Part shown: piece after piece, positions 52,005 to 64,000 of the stretch | How positions within the stretch are numbered: the stretch's first letter is position 1 | Layout: every line of letters starts with the position of its first letter | Assembly (NCBI GenBank): GCA_052426225.1 | Contig: JBNJNM010000013.1 | Coordinates: 558,001-622,000 of the forward strand | DNA: 64,000 nt | Direction of reading: 5' to 3' | Origin: Zancudomyces culisetae HAW-14-8 | Taxonomy: Eukaryota; Fungi; Kickxellomycota | Made by a program: the position numbers and the translations under genes | Notes under the pieces: generated by a model | The model's database searches: none | Told to the model about the DNA's origin: nothing | Seen by the model: the letters and a program-made list of their open reading frames with translations, nothing else

Positions 52005-52811
52005 TTTTCTTTCCTTTTCTCTAATATATCTCCTCTTCTAATTGATTCTTTTTTTTGCTTTGTTTAATTAAACCTTGTAAGAAACTTTATTCTATAAAGA
52101 TCTGCTCAATTCCCAATAACGATTGTCTCCCCCGCCTTTTTTTTTAGTTGACTCGATTTCTTAATATCTATCTATTTCTGTCCTCTCATCAACACAGCGC
52201 ACTTTTTTTTCTATTTTTTTATTTTTTTAGTATTTTTCCTCTATTTTGCTCAATTCTTTACACTGATTGTGTGGCTAATAAATAGAATTAAAAAATTTTT
52301 TTATTCCAGCATTTTTCGTATTTTTTTCATTTCAATTTCAAAATAAAAAAAACCAGTCAGAAAATAAAAAGCCGCAGCTATTTTCATGTGCAAGGGCTTG
52401 AATAACTGATTGGTTGATTGATTCGCTTTTTGAATAAATCGAATTTATTTGGCGGAGATTTCAAAGGCCGTGAAAGAAAGTAAAAAAAAGCAACAACAAC
52501 AACAATAGCAGACTTGAATGAAAAGTGCTCACGAATTGGCCGAGTAGATTGGTGACGGGCCAAGACAAAATAAAACAAAACAACATTCAACATCCACATG
52601 TTTTTTTTCTTTTTTTTCTTTTCTTGTTCTTGGTATAAATGGGATGATCCATGTTTTTCACACATGTATTTTTCCTATTTACATTATTATATGTTTATAC
52701 TTATAAATAAAAGTATATATAAATTCTGACTGTTTTTTTTATACTTTTAGTAGAGTTACAACTTTCAAGTTTGGAAAATCACTAAATAAAAAACACACAC
52801 AAAACTGTAAA

Positions 52812-53567
52812 ATGAGTTCGTTAAAAATCTCGCCACTGACAAAGATAGGAAGTGCATACAAGGAATTGAGCGAAGCCTTTAAAGCAAGCAACCCGGCCGC
52901 AGTAGCTGTGGTTCTGGGTCCTACGGGGGAAGTAGGACGCGAAGTTGTGAGAAATTTGCTTTCTCTTGGTGCATATTCAAAAGTGATAGTGGCTACACGA
53001 CGAGAATTAGAGTATGATGGACCAAATTCGGATAAATTGGTTCAGGTCAAGGTTGACTACGACAACATCGAAAAGCACAAGGAGGATTTCAAAGAGGCTT
53101 CGACATGTTTTTGTTGTCTCGGAACCACGCGTGGTAAGGCTGGAAAAGAAGGCTTCTATAAGGTTGATCATGACTATGTTATTAACTCGGCCAAGATGCT
53201 TAAAGAAAATGGATTGAGACACTTTTCGATGTGTTCTGCACAAGGTGCAAATCCAAGCTCTATGTTTTATTATCCAAAAGTCAAGGGCCAAACCGATGAC
53301 GAACTAAAACAGCTGGGATTTGAAAGACTGACGATATCCAGACCCGCCTTTTTGGTGTGTGAGCGCGAGGAGAGCCGGCCCATGGAGCGCTTCTTTGGAG
53401 CAATTATATCTGGTGTCAATAAACTCGTTCCAAACTTGATGTCTGTTTCAACTGCGGATGTAGCCAGAGCAATGGTATCAGATTCTTTCGAAAAAGTAGT
53501 TCAAACACCAGTTGTTACAATCTATGAAAATAAGGACATTGTTGAGCATGCCTCGCGACTTGACTAA
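52812..53567 (+). CDS. HTATIP2/TIP30 (Fmp52-like) NAD(P)-binding SDR-type oxidoreductase
   Basis: Motifs LGPTGEVG, FCCLGTTRGKAGKEGFYKVDHDY, YYPKVKG, RPAFL...REESRPME. Confidence 0.9.
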   Translation: MSSLKISPLTKIGSAYKELSEAFKASNPAAVAVVLGPTGEVGREVVRNLLSLGAYSKVIVATRRELEYDGPNSDKLVQVKVDYDNIEKHKEDFKEASTCFCCLGTTRGKAGKEGFYKVDHDYVINSAKMLKENGLRHFSMCSAQGANPSSMFYYPKVKGQTDDELKQLGFERLTISRPAFLVCEREESRPMERFFGAIISGVNKLVPNLMSVSTADVARAMVSDSFEKVVQTPVVTIYENKDIVEHASRLD

Positions 53568-54227
53568 AGTACGGATTTTTATTTTTTATTTTTTATTTTT
53601 TCTACTTTATTTTTTTCAGGGTTCTCAATTTGTATTGTTGATTTTGTTTCTAGGTTCTATTTTGAAATGACATTTTTCGGAGTAATCTATCCTTTATTTT
53701 AGTTTGTTTTATTCTAGTTTTTGATTTGTGTTTTTAAGGTTTTTGGGATGGTAATTGTGAGCTTATTAAATAAGTTTGATAGTATGACCACACATATACA
53801 CATACACACATACACACCAAGTTTTATTTTTAATAGTTGTGAAACATGGACTCAATGTCAATTTGAAATTTTAAAGCTCAAAATGACATAAAGTTCTTAA
53901 TATATTCAGGAATGAAATATCCCATCACGTTTTAATTGAAGAAAATCTGACAGGTATTTTTTTAAAAAAAAGACGTTTTGTCATGACTATTCACCAAGGG
54001 CATATATAGATATAAACCAAGTAAAAAAGAAGAGCGACAGTAAAAGTAAAAGTAAAAGTGAAAGTGAAAGTGAAATGAATAATAGCTCAAAGAACAGCTA
54101 ACTAGCTTGGCTTAATCATCCAAAAAAAAAATTATGCTTATGGTTAGATTATAAAAGGTGTTCAAACAGAACTCTTAATGTATGTATTTATTGTGTGCAT
54201 ATTTGGGGAAATAGTTGGCTAGGAAAA

Positions 54228-56441
54228 ATGCTTAGTACAGAGAGTTTGGCTATATCAGAGGTGTGCTTTTCCAAGGACATTGTGGACTGTGGTGAACCTT
54301 CTAATTTCTATTCAGGTTTTATAGAAACAAACGAAAACCCTGAGCAGAATGGTACAAATAAATGTTATAACTCAGCGCTATCAAGCACGTTTCTGTTTTC
54401 CGAAATGGATAACGAGGAGACATACACAGAGGATAAACAGAGCTATGGTAAAGTAGATGTATGCAAAGAACACTATCCTATATGTAGTAGTGCTAGTTTT
54501 GAAGACATATTTAAAGGAATGGGCGATAAAAGTAATGGAGACAGCACAACAAATATCTTTTCGGCGCAACTGGACTCTGGTAGCATGTACAGCGAGGTAT
54601 ATAATATACTTGATGGTTTGGAGAAAGGTAGCGGGTATAGCTTACCCGATACCTGTACTAGTTTGTTAAAGCCATCATCTAGTGATGAGCAAGAGAGTAT
54701 GGAGCTCTTTTTTGAAAAGGAGACAGATAACAGTGATATTTATTTTTCAGATATTGATGAAACGTTTTTCGAAACCAAGGAAGAAGTATCGATCCACGCT
54801 GGACATGAAGCTATGATTGATGTGATTGATATTTCGAGCGGCGTATATCCACAGGAAATAAAGTCACCTAAAACGTGTTGGAAAGGTAACATGGAGATGA
54901 AACAAGAATGTAGCAGCGATACTAGCTACAGTGAATATACATGCAAAAAACTTGGATTTAGTGAGTTTAGTGAGTTTAGTGATAACGGGTCGTTGAGTAG
55001 TGTGGCATCATCACTTATAAAATCAGTAATCGAGGATAAAAAATACAAGCAAAGAAGGAAGGGAAGAGGCAGAAGGGGGAAGGGGGAAGAGTTGAAAATA
55101 TCCAGTGAAAATACATCTAGCTATTATTATACCAGCGACGAGTACATCCATGATAGTGGCAAGCAAGGAAGAAGAAACAAGAGGACGAGAATAATGAATG
55201 AAGAGGAGCAACATATATACGAATACATAATGGGGCTTGTCAGACAAATAACAAGGGGCGAAATAAATGTAGATGAATTTTTATCAAAAGTAACAAGCAA
55301 CAATAATTCTGGTAGTGTGGTAGTGGAAGATATCAACAAGAAGTTGGAAACTACTAATCGAGCAACACAATACTTGGTGGTTCTGGGGGTTATTGCAAAT
55401 CAAATCAAAGAAAATACATACATAAAGCGGAGAGACATATACTACAAACACGTGGATCTATTTAAAACACAAAGGACGGTCGATAAGATATGCGTGGATG
55501 TATGTAAAATGTTGGGATTAAAGCAGCAGGCACAGATGCATGTAATAGCATCAGCGACTGGATTGATGGCGGGGCCAATTTCAATTCAATTGCAACAAAA
55601 CAATGGCGGAAGTAAGAGCGGAAATGTAAATGGAAGTGGAAATGGAATGACGGTGTTGGATTATCGAATGGATATGTCACAGGGTTTATTGATTCCTCAG
55701 GTACACGAAATAGCCAGTATAAATATATTAAGTGAAGGACTACAATATGTTGTAATTGTGGAAAAGGAGACAGTGTTTTATGCGTTATTACAGAGATTAC
55801 AGGCTATGAATGTTATTCTGATAACGGGGAAAGGATATCCGAGCAATAACACAGTACAGTTTGTTGGTTTGTTGAGTAACTACTTAAGGTGTTATTATCA
55901 ATATTACACAACTAATCGTAGTGGTGGTAGTGGTGGTAGTGGTGGTAGTGGTGGTAAAAAAAAGGAGGGATTTGAAAAGTGCGAAATTGTAGGGCTGGTG
56001 GATTATGATCCATATGGATTTCATATATACAAAATCTATTCTGAATGTGTTTACCCAAACGAAATGAAGTTTTGCGGTCTTGGTACAATAGATCTTCTGA
56101 CCCATTTGGTTAACAAAAAGATCAGGAGCGATGTAATACAAAACATGACAAGGAATTGTTTTACTAGAGCATTGTATTTGCTGAAAATGGTTAAACATCA
56201 ACAGTTACAAGTACAAACACAAAACACTAGTACTACTAATACTACTAATACTATTAATACTATTAATACTAATACTAATATTTCTAGTAGTGGTAAATAT
56301 TATGGAATTGGGAGTGTTGATATTTCCATTCAAATGTATTTGCGTAAAAAAGCCGAGCTGGAAGTGTTAACAGAAATCAATAATGCTAGAACGTCATCTT
56401 TGTTGGAGGATTTGGTAACTACCAAACTAAAACTAAGTTGA
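54228..56441 (+). CDS. SPO11: Meiotic recombination protein Spo11/Rec12 (TopoVI-A homolog) with long acidic N-terminal extension
   Basis: RDIYY (catalytic Tyr), LFKTQRTVD, VIVEKETVF, ITGKGYP, LVDYDPYG (Toprim DxD), KAELEVL. First ATG at 54228. Confidence 0.88.
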   Translation: MLSTESLAISEVCFSKDIVDCGEPSNFYSGFIETNENPEQNGTNKCYNSALSSTFLFSEMDNEETYTEDKQSYGKVDVCKEHYPICSSASFEDIFKGMGDKSNGDSTTNIFSAQLDSGSMYSEVYNILDGLEKGSGYSLPDTCTSLLKPSSSDEQESMELFFEKETDNSDIYFSDIDETFFETKEEVSIHAGHEAMIDVIDISSGVYPQEIKSPKTCWKGNMEMKQECSSDTSYSEYTCKKLGFSEFSEFSDNGSLSSVASSLIKSVIEDKKYKQRRKGRGRRGKGEELKISSENTSSYYYTSDEYIHDSGKQGRRNKRTRIMNEEEQHIYEYIMGLVRQITRGEINVDEFLSKVTSNNNSGSVVVEDINKKLETTNRATQYLVVLGVIANQIKENTYIKRRDIYYKHVDLFKTQRTVDKICVDVCKMLGLKQQAQMHVIASATGLMAGPISIQLQQNNGGSKSGNVNGSGNGMTVLDYRMDMSQGLLIPQVHEIASINILSEGLQYVVIVEKETVFYALLQRLQAMNVILITGKGYPSNNTVQFVGLLSNYLRCYYQYYTTNRSGGSGGSGGSGGKKKEGFEKCEIVGLVDYDPYGFHIYKIYSECVYPNEMKFCGLGTIDLLTHLVNKKIRSDVIQNMTRNCFTRALYLLKMVKHQQLQVQTQNTSTTNTTNTINTINTNTNISSSGKYYGIGSVDISIQMYLRKKAELEVLTEINNARTSSLLEDLVTTKLKLS

Positions 56442-56604
56442 TTAAACAAGGTTTATTTAGACACTTTGAGTGCATCTATTTAATAAAATTATAAAATTAT
56501 AAAATAGTCGCATATAATTTTAATAAAATATAAAATGTAAAATGTAAAATAAAATAAACAAAAATAAATAAATAAAATAATAAGAGTCCAAAAGTAGGTT
56601 TAGA

Positions 56605-56794
56605 TTAGACTACATTTGGGATGTTAATAAACTTGACGCCATTAACACCTTCACCAAAGACAATAGCCCAGGGTACATAGTATTTTATACCAAAATTGTC
56701 TTGAACATAGATTGGATAAGCGTTTGGACGACGGTTGGATTTGTCGTTTGCAATACCACTGCTATTGCTATTGCTATTGCTGTTGTTTTTGTTT

Positions 56795-56828
<34 letters not shown>

Positions 56829-59800
56829 AATTGGGTTCAGGCAGATCTGGATTGTTTAATAGCAAAGAGAATAATGGTGAGGAGGAGGAAGTAGAAGTAG
56901 AAGAAGAAGAAGAAGAGGGTGATGATGAGGAAGTATTATTTTTATATTTGAAGCTTCCATTTCCTACACCAGAACTATTGCTATTAAACGATCCAAATCT
57001 GCCTGAACGGCTACGGGCGGCAGCGGTATTATCAGTTCCCATGCCAGGTAACGAAAGATATATCCCAAGATACCCATTCCCGCCGGCAGAACAGGCAAGT
57101 GAAGTGGGAACAGTTGAACAGCTTGAACATGGCGAAATCGATGCACATCCACATGCACATTTGTGGCATGACCCAGTAGTCTTTAGATTGTGGATAAACG
57201 GATCGTACTCTTGTTTTTGCTCGTCTGTATCAAACATGTCTTGGTTTTCTTGATTGTCATCATTGTGGCAACCGCCGGTACCATCACTGGAGTTGTGGCA
57301 AGAGTTGCCGCAGCAAGTGTGTTTGCCACCGATTTTTGCTCGTTTTTGCTGTTCATTGGTGAATAATGCCTTTTTGGAATTCATGGCTGATGGTTTGGTT
57401 GGAACTTTTGATACAACGTGATGATTACCATTATTGCTAGTGAAACCAGACTTGTTGTTTGAATTGAGAGAGGAGTTAAAGTGACCATTCTCAACACCAG
57501 CACCACGAGTACTCTTATTCTTATTATTATTATTATTATCACCCTTGTTGCTATTGTTGGTGGTGGTGAGTAATGGGTAGGCAGTTTGACCAGATGCTAG
57601 GTGAGACTCACAACAATCAAACATCGGTGCCATGGTGTGCACAAGTTTGGTGGCAGGTTTTCCAGTAATAAAGAACTCCATTCTCTTTGGGTCAAAGTTT
57701 TTGATCAAACATAATATCTGGTTGGATTCAGGCAAGTACCTGGGTGCATAGCCTATTAGTGAATCCGGCATATCTGGAAAAGAGGTAACAATTGGTAGAG
57801 AAAGGTGTGAAGGGATTGGTGAATAAGGTTGGTTTTGGTTGTTTCTGCTGCTGATTGCATCTTGGCTGGTGTTGGAAATAGGAGAAAATCGATTTGCAGC
57901 TATTACTTCCATATTACTATTACCATTATTGTTGTTGACATTGTTGACGTTGGTTTCGGTGGCTTTGTCTACCAAACCAATATTGATTGGATATGAAAAA
58001 GTATAAGTGGAACAATCTATTCCAACAATAGTCCAGCAAAAGGCATCACCAATTTCTGTTGAATTGGAACTTACATCACCATTGGAATTTGTGCTACTGG
58101 AGTCATCTGTGTCGCATTTAACTCCTCTATTGTTATTATTGGTGTTTGCAAGAGTGTTGATTGAAAGAGGTAAGAATGACAGCACATTTCTTCCTGACTT
58201 GTTATAAACAGTGTTGGTATTTTCATTTCCATCACCATTGTTACCACTACCACTACCACTACCATTGTTGTTATTAGGATAAGCACATAGATACAAAGGT
58301 TGTCGATTATTACCATTAACATTACCATTAGCATTACCATTATTACTATCATTTTCATCATCACACAACTCAAATGCAATCTTGTGCATTTGACAAACTG
58401 GAGATTGTCCATCATCAACCAATTTTCCACAAACAACCTTGCGAATAATCATTACAGGTGACCTGAACGCAGCAATCTGTGATTCCAAAACCACTTTTGC
58501 ATTGTAGAATAGTGGAGATTCATCAGTACTTCCTCCATTATTGGGAGTCGTCGTATCAGGCAAAGGAATTGAAGAATCGGATCCTAACGAACGATGTGTT
58601 TGGTTGGTGACATCAACTATCCTGAAAGCATGCCAATTGTCTGGAAGGGCTTCCCACTCGCCAGAATCTCTCTCAACAGACATAAATCTGGTTCTAAATG
58701 TCTGCGAATTGATTCTGTTGAACAGCGATACTGTGGAACCCTGGAAAACACACAGCCCTTTGCCTCTAGAGTTATTGGTCTTTTTGCTAGGCTTGGAAAT
58801 AATACTCATTTTCTCAGATGTCAGCTCAGCATAGACTTGTCCCTTTTCGCTGACTGGTCGGCCCACAACGTACGGCATCTTGAGTTGCAACTTGAAACGG
58901 AAGTCTTTGTTCTTCCCACTGTTTATCACGTGTAAGCACTTGAAGAGTGCATAGTCGTATGTGTCGACATAGAAATTACGATTGTCATTAGCATTATCAC
59001 TATCCTTCTTTTCGTCGCCATTTTGTTTAGCTGGTGTTGATAATCCTCTTGCAAGCGCCACCATTTCTCTGGTTGTCAAATTTGACTGGCTAGTTCTGGA
59101 GTTACCGTTTCCAAGCTCATGCACATTTTTTTCCGTCAAATAATTGCCATTGTGTAGACCTTGGTTTGTAACAAATTTGGTTGAGTATTTCTTGTTTTCG
59201 TGTCCCGTTTTAATTGCTGTTTGTGATTCTGACACACTCACACTGTCGTACGTTTTACCAGTTCGGGATTTAGCAAGTGCCATTTTGGTTCGTGAACCCA
59301 TTTCATCCATTCCTTCCTGTATCTTGGATCGCTGATCGAAATCCTGGACTACATGCATCTCCATTACTGAGTTTCTGGCTATCGCAGCACTCTCGCCTCT
59401 TCCCCAAACTAGCACAGCTGGTGGTGGACACAAAAATCGTTTTTCATTTCCATACGATTTTTGTGCTACTGAAGGATAGAAGCACTTCACTGTTACTATA
59501 TTGTCAATCCAATCACCAAGCCACGTCTGCCACGCTGGGTTTTCCAGATCCTCTTGTCCATCATAACCATAATTATAATTATAATCACCATCATCCTCAT
59601 CTTCATTCCCTAGTCTCTCAATCTTACCAACCTCCTTGACTTTATCCGCCCAGCCTCTTTTGTCATCTTTGCCATTCTGTATCTCTTGTTGAAGATTTCT
59701 GTCATTTTCCTTTTGGAAATGGTCCTCGTTACTTTGAAGCAGTGACATTATGCTCATCCGTCCATCTGTGGCCCGCGATTCCATGTTGGTCGTATCTAGT

Positions 59801-60936
59801 CCATAAGACTCTCTGCCAGGACCTTCACCAGTACTACCACTACCACTACCACTACCACTGCTATTGATACTTCTATGACCACTATGCTCGTACTTGTAGC
59901 TATGGTTATTATTGTAGCTGTAATTGTACTTGTACTTGTAGTTGTATTTGTGACCACTACTATAGTTGCTGTTGTCAGTATTACTATTGCTGTCTTCCAT
60001 CTCACTATCACACAAACCAATTCCTCCTCCTATCGCTTCATCCTCTCCACTGTATACGCTTTCTCCTTTTAAGTACTCCTCCATACTCTGCAGCTTTTTT
60101 ATCTTCAAAAGTTCATCGCTACTTCGTGCAATGTGGCTTTTTGAGTATCTAAACCCTAAAAGCTCTTGCTCTTCACTCCTACCATTCGCTCCATCATACA
60201 TTCCGTATATTTCATCTTCTCTTTCTCTACTAAGTTTATATCGTTCGTAAATTCTAGCCTTTTCCATCTCTATAATTTTTTTAATTTCTCTCTCTCTTGC
60301 GTTCCTGATTTCTTCATAGTCATATCCATAATCACAGCCACAAACATGACCCTCCTTGTTATATCGTCTATATCGCTGCACTCTACTCCTCCCATTAACT
60401 CCACCGTTCTCCTCATCTTCAAATCTCCTTGCTTCATGTCCAAACGACCCCTTATTTATCACTCGGTTTTTGTCTTTACTAATGTATCCCTCGGCCCCTG
60501 GGTCATACCTCTTGTAACTCTTGATTGGAAGCTCTCTTATTTCATCTTGTTCAGTTCCATGTATTCGTCTCTTTGGGTTTCTTAATTTTTCACCCTCACT
60601 ATCTCCAATGATTTTGTCGCCGATATACCGTAAACCTCCTCCCCTGTATCCCTCCTCCACACTACGCCCTATCAACCCTACTGGATATATACCATTACTT
60701 TGTTTCCCCCGTCCTCCATATACCTCTCTTCCTACTTCCCCGCTTATCTTGTAGACATTGTTTTCTTTGACATCGTCCTGTTTAGTAATGGCTTCCATGT
60801 AGTCACCTCTTTCTCGCTCCATTTGTCCGTTTGGTGTTGGGTACATTTGTCCGGTGGCACTAACCCGATATCTATTTAAATCTGGATTTGAATCACCTTT
60901 TTTCTCAAGTAAGCTATATCGACTTGAACGCAACAT
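56605..60936 (-). CDS. CSL (CBF1/Su(H)/LAG-1; Cbf11/Cbf12-like) transcription factor, 1443 aa
   Basis: VAQKSYGNEKRFLCPPP, IISKPSKK, GSTVSLFNRINSQTFRTRF, SPVMIIRKV, PVCQMHKIAFE, WTIVG. Intronless, with long low-complexity N-terminus and inserts. Confidence 0.92.
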
Positions 60937-63900
60937 TCTTTTTTTTTTAATGTATTATTTTACCCGTCCTGCTCTTTTTGGTATGGTAGTTCCCCAATAA
61001 CTGGTTGAGCAATACTTGTTTTTATTTAATATTTGAATATGCTTTGTTCGTATGCCAACTCTCTCGAGTCTAAACGTTATTCTATTGCTTTGTTCTTTTT
61101 TTTTTCGTTTTAAGTTCCTCGATTTGCCAATTCACTGTGTTTTGGTTATGTTAATAGTAAATTGTGCATGTACACACACTTCGATGTTTGTAAAGTATTT
61201 CGAGTATTGGAATTATCAAATTTTATTTTGCGCACTTCAAGCCGCTTTGATTTTTTTTTATTATTTAGTTTTATTACTATTCTTATTATATTATTGTATA
61301 ATTATTTGGTTATTACTAAGCACTATCATAAATGGTTAGCTAAACGGATTAAACATAAAGTTCAACTTGGAGCTCACCAGATGTATTTTGTATAAAACTA
61401 TGGAATTAAATGTGATTAAAAAAGATGCTCAAATATTCAACATTTTGTCATTAGCGTGTTTCAACTTTAGTTTTATAATATCCTGGTGGTTTTTTTTTTC
61501 TTTCTCACATTTGTTTTCTCTGCAATCATTATTTACTCACTTTTTTTTTCCCCTCCCCCCTTATTTTTTTCTTGCAACTTTAAAAAAAAAAATTACACAA
61601 GGATTGGTACAGTCAAAATGTCAAGTTCTTTCTAATAGTCTTAATTCAGTTAGTAAACTCACGCTTTTTTTTATTTTCTTTATATCTTGCAGGATAATCC
61701 AAAAAGAAATATCTGTGGGAGAAGCAATAAGCCGTACTCCATTTTTCCCACCATCCCCTACATTATCAGTCCAATCTCCTAGCTGATCAATCTTCCCTCT
61801 TTTTATTTTATATTATCCGCCAATAAACGTTGTGTTGGTAAAAATATGTACATAAATGGTCAAATCCTGTAATAGGCTGTTTTTTATTTAGGACTTTTTA
61901 TCTGGGGCCTTTATTATTTATATTTTTTTTTGTAAAATTACATATTTCTCTTGATTTAATTGTGATGGTTGGATTTGATTATTTCCATTTTTCTGATTTA
62001 GTATTTCACAGTTTTCAAATTGGGCCTGATTATTTGGAACGATATTATTTTACTGAAATTACAAATACAATTCGTTTTTATCTTTTTTTTCTTTCTTTGT
62101 ATTGCTATTCTTGGAATAATTTTTTTTTTTTGCTCATGTGCTTTTTACATTTAAGTCCATCAATTTCCATTTTAACCGAGTGGAAATAAAAAAAGTCAAT
62201 AAAATGTGGATATATTAAATCAGAAAGAAAAAAATATAAAATCTCGTCAATTTACAATTAACATTCTTCTGCAAAACTCTCTCTCCCTTCCCTTCTCCAC
62301 CACACACAGACAAATTTGCGTGAAATATTTGCGAACAATGTAACTGATCTTTATTGGTTATTGCCTCTTTTTTCCTTTTTAGTGCGATTACATAAGCCAT
62401 GCACTCATTTCCTGGGCTTTTTTTTCTTTTATGTCCGCGATTCACTTCATAAAACACAATACTTCATTTCACCAATATATAATTTTTTTTTTGTGTTTAT
62501 CTAGATTTCAAATTCACCTTTCATCAAAATCCCCTCATTCTCTCTCTCCCTTCCCTCTCCCCCAAAAAACCGTAGTCATGCTGAGAACCCGTTACCAAAA
62601 TTTTGTTTGTTTTTTTTTCCAACACAATATCTGCCACCAATAAATCGCCTTTTCTTTTCCCCTCCCAGCTCCCATATCCAATATCTACCTCTTTCCCACT
62701 AAAGTCATGAATTTCGTTTATTTCACTAAACTCGGCCACTCACGTATACTACAACTTTATCTTCTCTCTATCCTTCAAAGGGCATTGTATAGTATAGTTA
62801 CCAGGCTATTACCTTGGTAAAACAGAAAAACTGAGAAAAAGCCTTCCTTCTCTGGAACCACATATTTACTGTGAACTTCCAGAGCATGTTAAAAACAATA
62901 AATAACTGCACATTAACAGTACATGTACAGTTTGTTGGCAATACCTCTCCCACTCCCCCCCCCTCCACTCTCACCTCCTCATTATGTTACTGCATCCCTG
63001 GGCTCTTATCTTATATCCCAATGACTATTAGGTAGTAATCTGATTCGCAATGAAATTCTGCGCTTTTACATTCCAATAATTTATTTTACGGAACCTCAAA
63101 AAAGAAACCCAAGTTTTCTCAAACATTCAGAAAATTACCTAAACATGTAGAAACTCAAAAAAAAAAATTTCTGGCTTTTCTTGTTCACCAACTTGCTTCC
63201 ACTCCCACTAAGATTAATTTAGGCGAAAACACGTTTACCATAGGACAAAATTAATAAATAAATAAACTGTTAGTTGCGTGTTATCAATAACTATTTCTTT
63301 TTTTTCAATCTGTGATTTTCCACTTCTTAATCGCTTTGGCTTTTTATTTTCATTTTCACGAACCTCAATGGAAAATTCTAGGTTAGTAAGCGGCTTTTTT
63401 CGATTTGTAATTTTATTTTTTCTGCTCTACCTCCACCACCACTCTCGTCTCCACCATTTACCTATAGAATCCTAATTACAAAATCATAAGCTTCAAACTA
63501 ATTATAAACTTTCTGTATAAATCATAATTCAATTTACTCGTCCATCAAATAAAACACAACGATAACGGTGTAGTACAGAAATAAAACAATAATAACAATT
63601 CCTAAATTACAAGAAAAAAAATGACCATCAAATTGGCTTGAGCTCAAATCATAGGCATGTTTAATCTCCCAACTGGAACAGGGAAATGGAGCTGGTTGAA
63701 AAAGACGAAAATTGTTATAGAAATAAGAATAATGATGAAAATATAAATATATAGTTGGACAAAAGGCTTTTTGTGTTTTTTCGCTAGAAAACCTGAAATT
63801 TTTATAAAAGCATAATTTTAGCCAACAACCATTTGCCATTTTAGCTGTGAAAACTCTGGTATGAAAATCTTGGTGTATATATTTCCTTGTATTTCATCTT

Positions 63901-64000
63901 TTATGTTACAATTCTAGATATTATGAAACATTTTTAAGCCAATTTCTCTTTCTAAAACATCAGTTTTTTTTTCGTTTTAAGCAAAGAAATTTCGATTTTT

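Noticed and set aside
62524-62739. 71-aa minus-strand ORF with protein-like composition
   Set aside because: GTG start directly after a stop, no recognisable motif or convincing splice partners; explained by local purine skew.

Overview
AT-rich, intron-containing eukaryotic DNA. The gene set (ORM1, samB/MUB1, DASH Duo1, RSM26-type mitoribosomal SOD-fold protein and a fungal-type transcription factor, alongside animal-like ITFG2/KICSTOR, ACAD8 and CSL) points to an early-diverging fungus, possibly Kickxellomycotina/Harpellales (inference only). I reconstructed about 19 coding loci by hand from family motifs and GT-AG boundaries. I found no RNA genes, transposons or CRISPR arrays. The main result is a pair of isobutyryl-CoA dehydrogenase (ACAD8-like) genes about 15 kb apart. 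They are almost identical, introns included, except for three sharply bounded islands that fall on active-site segments. Copy 1 has lost the catalytic glutamate (ILEGTNE to ILGGTSE) and the conserved helix-G arginine, yet keeps an intact 11-exon ORF. This suggests an enzyme/pseudo-enzyme pair under gene conversion, with selection protecting the active-site differences. Between the two copies lie an orphan C-terminal fragment of DNA polymerase delta, a quinone oxidoreductase, an MFS anion transporter and a transcription factor gene broken by two in-frame stops. Also notable: a roughly 1,800-aa ITFG2, and kb-scale G/C skew domains that flip inside genes and shape protein composition.
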